64,000 bases of DNA from sequence record NZ_AP019754.1, one strand, 5' to 3'. The stretch comes from a plasmid. Below the pieces are notes generated by a model. That model was given only the letters and a program-made list of their open reading frames with translations, searched no databases and was not told where the DNA came from. Below are positions 55,764 to 64,000 of the stretch, one piece after another. The position numbers were made by a program, and so were the translations under genes. Positions within the stretch are counted from its first letter, which is position 1. Every line of letters starts with the position of its first letter.

Positions 55764-57977
55764 ATGTTTCTGAATATCCCCCTCCTGAACAGGGATCGCG
55801 TGAAGCCCACTTTTCCTCTGGTTCCCTCACGCTTATCACTTTTGGCAACCCTTGTGGCAGGCGTATCTTCACATAATGCGTTTGCAGAGACGCCATCGGA
55901 TGTGAATACGAGCAACCCGACGCTTATCGTTACTGCGGCTGAACAGCCGGTTTCCGAAAATACTTCCTCGGACTACAGCGTACCTGTTACCCGCGCGGGC
56001 AATAAGTTACTTTCGACCGTGCGCGATATTCCTCAGTCTGTAAGCATCATCAGCGCGCAGCGCATGAAAGACCAACAGCTACAGTCGTTAAATGATGTTC
56101 TGGACAACACCACGGCTATTCAGACCAGCACAGCGGATATGGATCGTAAGACCTATTATTCTCGCGGGTTTTTAATCGACAATTACCTGATTGACGGTAT
56201 TCCTACTGTATTCGAAGAACGCTGGAATTTGGGTGATGCACAGACGGATAGCGCATTATATGAACGCATTGAAGTGGTCAGGGGTGCAAACGGGTTATTG
56301 ACCGGTGCCGGTAATCCTTCCGCTGCCGTTAATATGGTACGTAAACATGCCGACAGTCATCAGCCAGAAGGCGAGATATCCGCCAGCTATGGCAGCTGGA
56401 ATAAACAGCGTTACGTTATGGATGTGCAGTCCCCGTTGAATGCTGCAGGAAATGTTCGAGGCAGGGTGATTGCGGGTTATCAGGATAATAATAGCTTTAT
56501 TGAGCGTTATGGTGCTGAAAAGAAATTTGTTTATGGGGTGATTGATGCCGATCTCAATGACGCCACCACATTATCTGCAGGCTATGAATTTCAGCAGCTG
56601 AATACTGACAGCCCAATGTGGGGCGGTTTACCGCGTTGGTACACAGACGGTAGTAAAACCCATTTTCGTCGCGGCTTTAATACCGCCCCTGACTGGACTT
56701 ACAACGATAAAGAGAGCAGAAAACTTTTTGCCCGGCTCAAACACACTTTTGCAAGTGGATGGCAATGGACCCTTAACGGCACCCATGATCGGTCAACGCT
56801 TAACAGCAAAATGATGTATATCGCCGGCTATTTTGACAAAAATACGGGTGCAGGCGTTTCTCCCTATGCGGATTATCCTGTCGTTGCGGGCACGGGATAT
56901 AATGCAGCCAAACGTCAAGTCGATGCTGTGGATACTTTTGCCAGTGGCCCTTATCAACTCTTCGGGCGCACCCATGAATTAATGGTCGGTGTTAGCTACA
57001 GCAAACAAAAAAACACTTACTACGGTACTTTTGCGAATATCTCGCCAGAAGAATTGGGGAATTTTAACCTTTTTGACGGCCAGTTCCCGGAAAAGGATTG
57101 GGCGGCGCGCACCCTGTCCCAGCAGGATATTACCCGACAAAGCTCGGGCTACCTTGCCACCCGTATTTCACTGGCGGATCCGTTAAATCTGATACTGGGC
57201 GCACGTTACACCCGTTGGAGCAAAAATACACTGACCAACGATATGGAAAAAAATAACATCACGCCTTATGCGGGTCTGATTTATGACATTGATGAGAACT
57301 GGTCAACGTACGCCAGCTATACTTCCGTGTTTCAACCGCAGTCATATCGTGATCTCTCAGGTGCCTATCTGGCGCCGGTTATTGGTAAGAACTACGAAGC
57401 CGGCGTTAAATCTGACTGGTTCGACAGCCGCTTTACCACGTCAGTCTCGGTCTTTCGGGCTGAGCTGGATAATGTGGCACAGACCACCGGTCGCATTATT
57501 CCGGGTACCACCGAGTCAGCGTATGAAGGCAAAAATGGCACGGTAAGCCGAGGAATTGAATTCGAAATTAACGGCGCAATCACAGATAACTGGCAGATGA
57601 CCCTGGGAGGCACGCGTTATATTGCCGAACAGCGTGATGGCACGGCGGTAAAACCCGACTTACCGCGAACGCAGTTAAACGTCTTTACGCGCTATCGTTT
57701 ACCCATGTTCCCTGATCTTACTGTGGGTGGCGGAGTGAAATGGCAAACGCACGTCTGGAGCGATAATTCGGCACCGGAAGGAAACGGAACGTGGCGTGCT
57801 GAGCAGGGCAGCTATGCGTTAGTCAATTTATTTAGCCGCTACCAGGTGACGAAAAATTTTGCTGTTCAGGGCAATATTAATAATCTCTTTGATAAAACCT
57901 ATGACACGAATGTTGCGGGGGATATCGTTTACGGTGAACCCCGTAACGTCTCTGTGACTGCCAGCTACCGTTTCTGA
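55764..57977 (+). CDS. TonB-dependent siderophore receptor (FhuE/FoxA-like)
   Basis: 737 aa with signal peptide, plug and barrel. C-terminal ...TASYRF. A GTG at 55800 is an alternative start giving a cleaner signal peptide. Confidence 0.85.
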   Translation: MFLNIPLLNRDRVKPTFPLVPSRLSLLATLVAGVSSHNAFAETPSDVNTSNPTLIVTAAEQPVSENTSSDYSVPVTRAGNKLLSTVRDIPQSVSIISAQRMKDQQLQSLNDVLDNTTAIQTSTADMDRKTYYSRGFLIDNYLIDGIPTVFEERWNLGDAQTDSALYERIEVVRGANGLLTGAGNPSAAVNMVRKHADSHQPEGEISASYGSWNKQRYVMDVQSPLNAAGNVRGRVIAGYQDNNSFIERYGAEKKFVYGVIDADLNDATTLSAGYEFQQLNTDSPMWGGLPRWYTDGSKTHFRRGFNTAPDWTYNDKESRKLFARLKHTFASGWQWTLNGTHDRSTLNSKMMYIAGYFDKNTGAGVSPYADYPVVAGTGYNAAKRQVDAVDTFASGPYQLFGRTHELMVGVSYSKQKNTYYGTFANISPEELGNFNLFDGQFPEKDWAARTLSQQDITRQSSGYLATRISLADPLNLILGARYTRWSKNTLTNDMEKNNITPYAGLIYDIDENWSTYASYTSVFQPQSYRDLSGAYLAPVIGKNYEAGVKSDWFDSRFTTSVSVFRAELDNVAQTTGRIIPGTTESAYEGKNGTVSRGIEFEINGAITDNWQMTLGGTRYIAEQRDGTAVKPDLPRTQLNVFTRYRLPMFPDLTVGGGVKWQTHVWSDNSAPEGNGTWRAEQGSYALVNLFSRYQVTKNFAVQGNINNLFDKTYDTNVAGDIVYGEPRNVSVTASYRF

Positions 57978-57999
57978 AGACGCCGGACTTTCACCAGTG

Positions 58000-58036
58000 A
58001 GCGCCTCACCCGGGGCGCTTGCTCCCCTGCTTTTTC
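58000..58036 (+). terminator. Rho-independent terminator after the receptor gene
   Basis: GCGCC-tcacccg-GGGCGC hairpin followed by a TGCTTTTTCC T-run. Confidence 0.65.
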
Positions 58037-58190
58037 CCCCTCGACCCGGCGCAAATCGCTGATCCATCACGTTTTGACGTAATTGCCAGGCCAGAAAGTC
58101 GGGGATTTGCGCTACACTGACCAGCGTTAATCCTCCATTCTGCCGCTATGATAGCGCTGTCTGAGGCAAACTAATTCACCTGGAAGAAGT

Positions 58191-58751
58191 ATGAAAATCA
58201 GATTCCTTTCGGCTAATGAGCAAAAACTGGCGGAGGTGCGTGAAATCCTGGAGCCAGTGGGCGTCGAAGTCTTGCCGATCGCTCGTCGTATTGAAGAAAT
58301 TCAAACAGAGAATGAGCTGGATTTGGTGCGGGACAAACTCACAAAAGCCTTCTCAATTATTGGGCGTCCTCTCTTCGTTGAGCATACCGGACTTTATCTC
58401 GATGGGCTGAATGGCCTGCCTGCGGGGCTGACGCGCATATTCTGGAACCGGCTGGATGCCGATCGTTTTGCCTCCCTCGTTAATGGCCTCGATAGCCAGG
58501 GCGTCACGGCCAAAACCGTACTGGGCTATTGTGACGGGCGCAAAATGTATCAGTTTTACGGCGAATTACGTGGCACTATTGCCTCAAAACCGGCGGGCCC
58601 GCGTGGTTTTCAGTGGGACTGCGTGTTTATTCCTGAAGGCTACGATCAAACCTTCGCTGAGATGGGCGACAAGAAAAATGAAATCTCAAACCGTCGCATT
58701 GCACTGGACCGCTTCGCGTCCTTCTTAAAAACAGCACGAGGCGTGGCATGA
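58191..58751 (+). CDS. Divergent Ham1/ITPase-family (non-canonical purine NTP pyrophosphatase-like) protein
   Basis: 186 aa. N-terminal FLSANEQKLAEV matches the Ham1 (A-[ST]-N-x-x-K) motif. HTGLYLDGLNGLPAG aligns with RdgB DDSGL.VDAL.GAPG. C-terminal FQWDCVFIP...KNEISNRRIAL aligns with FGYDPIF...KS.ISHR. Stop overlaps the next start (ATGA). Confidence 0.6.
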   Translation: MKIRFLSANEQKLAEVREILEPVGVEVLPIARRIEEIQTENELDLVRDKLTKAFSIIGRPLFVEHTGLYLDGLNGLPAGLTRIFWNRLDADRFASLVNGLDSQGVTAKTVLGYCDGRKMYQFYGELRGTIASKPAGPRGFQWDCVFIPEGYDQTFAEMGDKKNEISNRRIALDRFASFLKTARGVA

Positions 58752-59542
58752 AACCTGAACTCAAGCGGGCTTATGACTCCGGTAAGCTGATACTCTTTGC
58801 CGGTGCAGGCCTGTCCCGCAATCTTGGCCTGCCAGAATGGCATGAGCTCATTGCCCATCTGGCCAACGAGCTGGGGTACGATCCCAAAATTTTTAATACC
58901 TATGGTACGCACCTTTCCCTGGCCGAATACTATAAGCAAAAAAAAGGATCGCTAGGGCCGTTGAGAAGCTGGATGGATCGCGAATGGCATCGGCCGGATA
59001 TTGATGTTCGTAGCTCTGAAATTCACACCATGATCACGCAGGGCAACTTTTCGCGTATCTATACCACCAATTATGACCGCTGGCTGGAAGCGGCACATGA
59101 GGCGCACGGTGTGCCTTACTCAAAAGTCGCGAATGCGGCCGATCTGGTGTCATTAACTGAAGACAAGCGCCACATCATTAAACTGCACGGCGACTTTGAT
59201 GATGATACCTCCATCGTTTTAGATGAAAGCAGTTACTTTGAGCGCCTCTATTTTGATTCGCCGCTGGATATCAAACTGACCCATGATGTCATGGGGAATT
59301 CGGTGTTGTTCGTGGGCTACAGCATCAGTGACTTTAATATTCGTCTGCTGTTTTATCGCCTGACCAAAATGTGGGGGCGCACGGGCCTGGCCACTGCGCG
59401 CCCCAAGTCGTACCTTTTCACTAACCGCAATAACCCGGTGGCAAAAGAAGTGCTGGGTCAGTGGGGCATTGAAATGATCGTCTCTGAAGAAGACGATCCT
59501 CGAAAAGCCCTGGCCGATTTTATGCAAGCGCTTCTGGCGTGA
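58748..59542 (+). CDS. SIR2-like (ThsA-type SIR2_2) NAD+-hydrolase-family domain protein, stand-alone, 264 aa
   Basis: Motifs colinear with my recollection of the Thoeris ThsA SIR2 domain: LILFAGAGLSRNLGLPEW (AIFAGAGLS...W), IYTTNYDRWLEAA (YWTTNYDRLIEKA), KLHGD (KMHGD), LFVGYSISDFNI (LFVGFSFTDPNL). No SLOG or other C-terminal domain. Confidence 0.7.
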   Translation: MKPELKRAYDSGKLILFAGAGLSRNLGLPEWHELIAHLANELGYDPKIFNTYGTHLSLAEYYKQKKGSLGPLRSWMDREWHRPDIDVRSSEIHTMITQGNFSRIYTTNYDRWLEAAHEAHGVPYSKVANAADLVSLTEDKRHIIKLHGDFDDDTSIVLDESSYFERLYFDSPLDIKLTHDVMGNSVLFVGYSISDFNIRLLFYRLTKMWGRTGLATARPKSYLFTNRNNPVAKEVLGQWGIEMIVSEEDDPRKALADFMQALLA

Positions 59543-59643
59543 TGCGCGGGGCGGGGCTGACCACGTCGTTGTAAAATCTGAACCGCATTTCAGGTTTATC
59601 GGGCGTGGTGATTCTTCTCTGGAAAATGCGGATTACTGTGGTA

Positions 59644-59663
59644 TGCTGTATAAATACACAGTA
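59644..59663. promoter_or_regulatory. LexA (SOS) box upstream of yebG
   Basis: TGCTGTATAAATACACAGTA = CTGT-N8-ACAG, very close to the E. coli yebG LexA operator. 16 bp upstream of the yebG start. Confidence 0.75.
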
Positions 59664-59678
59664 CCTGAGGGCAAAACT

Positions 59679-60005
59679 ATGGCTGTTGAGACAAAATTTG
59701 TAGTGGTCAGAAAAGGTGAAGAGAAGATGACATTTGCCAACAAAAAAGAGGCTGATGCCTACGACAAAATGCTGGATATGGCGGAAGCGTTCACCGACTG
59801 GTTGCTGACTCATCAGGCGGAGATGGATGAATCTCAGGCTGAAACACTCGGCCTGTTGCTGGCAGAACAAAAAGACGCCGTGCAGCACATTCTTCGCACC
59901 AGTAAACTGCCTCAGTCAACCTCAGGCGGTAGCGCCCCTGAAGCGACGGATGCTGATCATGCGCCGCAAAGTGACAAGAAAGTCCGCGCCGTCAAAGCCG
60001 CCTGA
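59679..60005 (+). CDS. yebG: SOS-inducible DNA damage response protein YebG
   Basis: MAVETKFVVVRKGEEKMTFANKKEADAYDKMLD is nearly identical in pattern to E. coli YebG. Start at ATG 59679 rather than the longer ORF. Confidence 0.8.
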   Translation: MAVETKFVVVRKGEEKMTFANKKEADAYDKMLDMAEAFTDWLLTHQAEMDESQAETLGLLLAEQKDAVQHILRTSKLPQSTSGGSAPEATDADHAPQSDKKVRAVKAA

Positions 60006-60007
60006 CC

Positions 60008-60060
60008 GGGTTATGCTGGAAGCCTGCTTCCAGCATAACCACTCTCGTTTCCTGTCTTTT
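60008..60060 (+). terminator. Rho-independent terminator after yebG
   Basis: 15-bp stem GGTTATGCTGGAAGC/GCTTCCAGCATAACC followed by a T-rich tract. Confidence 0.65.
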
Positions 60061-60339
60061 ATCCGTCAATGACCGACTCAGCGGTGGGTCTTTTGATCCT
60101 TCTCAGCGAATCAAATGCGTCACGGCAAAAGCATAGTGATGAAGGTATCTGGCCATGCACGTCATGCAAAGTACATAACCATGAAACCAGCCTGATTTGT
60201 TTAGCATGAATGGGTTCCCGGTTCAGTTATGCCTGGTTAGAAGAGGGCACAGACTGCCATTGAATCCCCGTCTATGTATTGTTTCATATCAATACTATTC
60301 AGATCAGTAACGGATTCCTGCGTATTATTATGGCCATGT

Positions 60340-60678
60340 TCAGGTCAGATCGGTCCGATCGCCTCGGGTCGTCGGATGGGAAATAACTAAAAAAGTGACA
60401 CTGTCATTTCCGTCGTTACGTGCCTGATGTTTCGCACCCGGTGAGATCTCAATGCCTTGCTGCGCCTGCAGGAGATGCACGATGCCCTCAATTTCCATCG
60501 TCAGCTCTCCCTCTAAAACAAAAAAGAACTGGTGAGACTGAACGTGAAAGTGTCGGGTTTCAGCAGTCGCAGGCGGCATATGTTCATGAATAATGCTTAA
60601 ATCCTGGCGTTTCAGCAGATGCCAACCATCACAGTTATTTCCCCAAACATAATGTTCTGCGTTGTCTTTCGAAATCAT
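60340..60678 (-). CDS. Cupin-domain protein
   Basis: About 113 aa from ATG 60678 (AGAGGA RBS). Two cupin His-containing motifs (HEHMPPATAETRHFH; GAKHQARN). Confidence 0.65.
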   Translation of the reverse strand: MISKDNAEHYVWGNNCDGWHLLKRQDLSIIHEHMPPATAETRHFHVQSHQFFFVLEGELTMEIEGIVHLLQAQQGIEISPGAKHQARNDGNDSVTFLVISHPTTRGDRTDLT

Positions 60679-60837
60679 AAATCCTCTTTTTGCCCGCAAC
60701 GGATAATGTGAGCCGATTCTGGCTTTGATTCATCTTATTAAAGTTAAATTCTGGCGCGCCGATAGTTATTCCAGGGACATGAAAGATTGTATCTGACAGG
60801 GTGGTCAATTTAGCCGGTGTATTCCAGGGGAATCAAT

Positions 60838-62769
60838 ATGACCACTCAACCCAGTAAAAAAACCATGAGTACCCGCACGCAGATGCTTCTTGCGGGCGGC
60901 CTGACGATTACGCTTGGGTTTACCGTGACGATTGGTGTTCTGAGCTGGCAGTCGGCAAAAGAACAAAAAACGCTGGCCGAACATTATCTGCAGCAGATCG
61001 CTCAAAGTCGCGGGCTGCAAATTCAACAAGAGCTGAGTTATGCCCTTAATATGGCGCACAGCTTAGGCCAAAGTCTGATTGCTCTGCCCAAAGCGGGCAT
61101 TAACGATCGTAAAGTCGCTGACAGAATCATGGAATATTCACTCAGAGCCAATCCTGATTATCTCTCGATGTCTGTGATTTTTGAACCCAACGCGTTTGAT
61201 GGTCGTGATGCTGAATTTGCAGGTCAGAGCGGACAGCCGCCACAGGGCCGTTATGCCTGGTTTGTTGACCGCGATCAGGCCGGTAATTACGCCATGCATC
61301 CGTTACTGTCCTTTTTAACGCCGGGTCAGGGTGATTATTATCTGGTTCCCCAGCAGACAAGAAAAGATACGCTGATTGAGCCCTACAGTTATGCCTACAA
61401 TGGTATACCAACGTTATTGACCTCTGTAGCCTCACCCATTATCGATCAGGGTAAACTTTACGGCGTGGTGACTTCCGATATCTCCCTTGCCTCACTACAA
61501 AAGAAAGTTAACCAGATAAAACCCTGGCAGGACACCGGTTATGCCCTGTTGCTCTCTAACACAGGCAAAGTCGTTTCCTCGCCAGATAAAGATGAGGCGG
61601 GCAAAGCGTGGAAGGGGGAAAAAGACAATTTCACCCAGCAAATTGTGGAACATGACGACCCGGTGCTGGGCGAAAAAGCCATGTATACCTGGTATCCGGT
61701 CACGGTAGGCAATAGCGATAAGCCCTGGTACGTTGGAATTGTCGCACCGGTCAGCCAGGTGATGGCTGCGGCGAATCGCCAACTCTACTGGGCTATCGGA
61801 CTGATGCTGGTAAGCATCCTGTTGGTCGGCGCGGTACTGGGGCTCTTGTTCAATCGCAAAGTCATGCGTCCGCTCGGCGGCGAGCCTGCAGAGGCAGCCA
61901 AAATAGCGCTGGCGGTTGCGGAAGGTAAGCTCAGTAACCGCTTTCACGTTGCACCGGGCGACAACAGCAGCCTGTTTTATGCGCTGCATACCATGCAAAG
62001 CCAGCTGCAATCTATTGTGGGCCAAATCAAAGATGCCAGCGCGTCGGTGCGAGAAGGGGCTAGCGAGATTGCCAGTGGTAACCTCGATCTGGCATCGCGT
62101 ACCGAACAGCAGGCGGCTGCGCTGGAGGAGACTGCAGCCAGCATGGAGCAAATCAGCGCAACGGTTCGCCTGAATGCCGATAATGCTCAACAGGCCACGA
62201 ATCTGACCGAAAATGCCACCTCAATCGCCAGCCGGGGCGAAGCGCTGGTTGGGCAGGTGGTGCAGACCATGTCACAGATTGATGACAGCTCGAAGAAAAT
62301 TGGTGACATTACTACGATGATCAACAGCATCGCCTTCCAGACGAATATTCTGGCCCTTAACGCTGCGGTTGAGGCGGCGCGCGCTGGCGAGCAGGGACGA
62401 GGCTTTGCTGTCGTGGCCTCTGAGGTGCGTAATCTTGCGCAGCGAAGTGCGGGCGCGGTGAAAGATATCGCTGCCCTGATTGAAGAATCGAGCGTTCGGG
62501 TTCAAAGCGGCGTGAAACTGGTTAACGAAGCAGGCAAAACGATGCATGAGATGACGCAGGCCGTATCGTCAGTGCAGAGCATCATTGATGAAATCGTTTC
62601 TGCCTCTGATGAACAGGCGCGCGGTATCGGTCAGGTCACTGTCGCAGTTAACGAGATGGACGGTACGACACAACAAAACGCCGCACTGGTGCAGCAAATG
62701 TCTGCAGCCGCCAGCTCGCTGGAAGATCAGGCGCAGCAGTTGGCGCAAACGGTGGAGCAGTTCCGCTAA
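60838..62769 (+). CDS. Methyl-accepting chemotaxis protein with periplasmic dCache-like sensor domain
   Basis: Two TM segments flank a ~280-aa periplasmic domain, then HAMP and the highly conserved MCP signalling domain ([21 protein letters not shown]...[40 protein letters not shown]). Confidence 0.85.
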   Translation: MTTQPSKKTMSTRTQMLLAGGLTITLGFTVTIGVLSWQSAKEQKTLAEHYLQQIAQSRGLQIQQELSYALNMAHSLGQSLIALPKAGINDRKVADRIMEYSLRANPDYLSMSVIFEPNAFDGRDAEFAGQSGQPPQGRYAWFVDRDQAGNYAMHPLLSFLTPGQGDYYLVPQQTRKDTLIEPYSYAYNGIPTLLTSVASPIIDQGKLYGVVTSDISLASLQKKVNQIKPWQDTGYALLLSNTGKVVSSPDKDEAGKAWKGEKDNFTQQIVEHDDPVLGEKAMYTWYPVTVGNSDKPWYVGIVAPVSQVMAAANRQLYWAIGLMLVSILLVGAVLGLLFNRKVMRPLGGEPAEAAKIALAVAEGKLSNRFHVAPGDNSSLFYALHTMQSQLQSIVGQIKDASASVREGASEIASGNLDLASRTEQQAAALEETAASMEQISATVRLNADNAQQATNLTENATSIASRGEALVGQVVQTMSQIDDSSKKIGDITTMINSIAFQTNILALNAAVEAARAGEQGRGFAVVASEVRNLAQRSAGAVKDIAALIEESSVRVQSGVKLVNEAGKTMHEMTQAVSSVQSIIDEIVSASDEQARGIGQVTVAVNEMDGTTQQNAALVQQMSAAASSLEDQAQQLAQTVEQFR

Positions 62770-62785
62770 CGCGCGGTAAACCGCT

Positions 62786-62818
62786 AAAACACAACCCGCA
62801 CGGTGCGGGTTGTGTTTT
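62786..62818. terminator. Bidirectional rho-independent terminator between the MCP and gdh genes
   Basis: 13-bp perfect stem ACACAACCCGCAC/GTGCGGGTTGTGT flanked by A-run and T-run. Confidence 0.8.
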
Positions 62819-62824
62819 CAGTCA

Positions 62825-64000
62825 TTAACCCGGATAGATACCGCGATCTTTACGTGCCATCAGGATACGTTCGCAGGCCACGATATAGGCTGCGGTACGC
62901 AACGAGCACGCTTTCTCTTTGGCTTTTTCCCATACGTGAACCATGGCTTCCGTCATGATCTTGTCTGAGCGTTTATTAATTTCGTCTTCGCTCCAGAAGA
63001 AGCTGGCCATATCCTGCACCCATTCGAAGTAACTGACTGTCACACCCCCGGCGTTACAAATCACGTCGGGTACAACAATCACACCGCGGTTTGCCAGAAC
63101 ATCATCAGCATCCGGATAGGTCGGACCGTTAGCGCCTTCGAGCACCAGCTTACAGCTCAGGATCTCAGCACGCTCCCGCGTGATTTGTCCTTCCAGCGCG
63201 GCAGGGATCAGAATATCCATTTCCGTATGCCAGAAACGCTCTTTCTCGATGTTTTGTGCACCAGGGAAGCCTGCGATCTGCTTGTTTTCAGTCTGCCATT
63301 GTGTCAACGCATCCATATCCATGCCGTCAGCGTTGAACAGCGTTGCAGTGTGATCCTGAATCGCCACAACGCGCGCGCCCGCCTGACTAAACAACCGGGC
63401 GGCTTCACTGCCTACGTTACCAAATCCCTGTACGGCGACACGTGCGCCTTCAATCTGGATGCCGGCTCGGCCAGCAACCTCACGGCCAGTGACGAACACA
63501 CCACGGCCGGTCGCTTTTTCACGGCCGAGGGAGCCGCCAAGGTGAATAGGTTTACCTGTCACCACACCAGTCACCGTGGTGCCCAGATTCATGGAGTAGG
63601 TATCCATCATCCAGGCCATCACTTTGCCATTGGTGCCGACATCGGGGGCCGGGATATCTTTTTGCGGTCCAATGATGATACCGATCTCGCTGGTATAGCG
63701 GCGCGTCAGACGTTCGAGTTCGCCTTCAGACAGTTTAAAAGGATCGACCCGAATCCCACCTTTTGCCCCGCCGTAGGGCAGATTGACAGCGGCACACTTG
63801 ATGGTCATCCAGGCTGAAAGGGCCATGACCTCATTTAAATCGACATCGGGATGATAGCGAATCCCGCCTTTACCCGGACCGCGTGAAAGGTTGTGCTGAA
63901 CACGATAACCCTCAAAATGACGAATGGAGCCGTCATCCATTTGCAGAGGAATATCAACAATTAATGCACGCTTAGGATGACGTAAAGTATCAATCCAGCG
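62825..64000 (-). CDS. NAD(P)-glutamate dehydrogenase (Glu/Leu/Phe/Val dehydrogenase family, RocG/GudB-like), 5' end beyond the window
   Basis: [26 protein letters not shown] motifs. Alignment to Bacillus RocG implies about 60 more N-terminal residues, so the ORF runs off the window edge. Confidence 0.8.
   Translation of the reverse strand, partial: RWIDTLRHPKRALIVDIPLQMDDGSIRHFEGYRVQHNLSRGPGKGGIRYHPDVDLNEVMALSAWMTIKCAAVNLPYGGAKGGIRVDPFKLSEGELERLTRRYTSEIGIIIGPQKDIPAPDVGTNGKVMAWMMDTYSMNLGTTVTGVVTGKPIHLGGSLGREKATGRGVFVTGREVAGRAGIQIEGARVAVQGFGNVGSEAARLFSQAGARVVAIQDHTATLFNADGMDMDALTQWQTENKQIAGFPGAQNIEKERFWHTEMDILIPAALEGQITRERAEILSCKLVLEGANGPTYPDADDVLANRGVIVVPDVICNAGGVTVSYFEWVQDMASFFWSEDEINKRSDKIMTEAMVHVWEKAKEKACSLRTAAYIVACERILMARKDRGIYPG

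Overview
The window starts at a RepFIB-type repA (1-930, from its ATG). It is followed by a very large iteron array and a P1-type parAB partition operon with P1-like parS sites (boxA inverted pair plus boxB). The window is therefore a plasmid or megaplasmid backbone, most plausibly from an Erwinia/Pantoea-like enterobacterium. The rest carries chromosome-like accessory cargo. From about 5.0 to 9.1 kb there is a low-coding stretch with IS3-family remnants, extra parS copies, secondary iteron clusters, paired DnaA boxes, several short microsatellites and a frameshifted ridA. Next comes a five-member YmgB/AriR-family paralog cluster that keeps the ycgZ-ymgA-ariR order. Then sitABCD (Mn/Fe ABC uptake, MntR box upstream), a cytoplasmic PaoABC-like molybdo-flavo-iron-sulfur oxidoreductase with mocA-like and xdhC-like genes, and an orphan TonB-dependent receptor with a periplasmic binding protein (Fur box, no permease/ATPase). 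After that an RpiR regulator, a GDSL-esterase autotransporter (ApeE-like), rluF, grpB and a low-GC orphan gene. A c-di-GMP neighbourhood follows: two GAF-(degenerate GGDEF)-EAL paralogs, a BLUF-EAL BluF-like sensor and a GGDEL diguanylate cyclase. Then ascG-ascFB, a DeoR regulator, ybiU-ybiV, and a ParD-like gene translationally coupled to map. Last is an integrase/H-NS-marked island (about 52.3-60.1 kb) with a second Fur-regulated TonB-dependent receptor, a tightly coupled Ham1/ITPase-like plus ThsA-like SIR2 two-gene operon (58191-59542), and LexA-boxed yebG. The window ends with a cupin, an MCP and a partial NAD-glutamate dehydrogenase. The Ham1-like plus SIR2 pair is the best candidate for an undescribed anti-phage NAD-depletion module.
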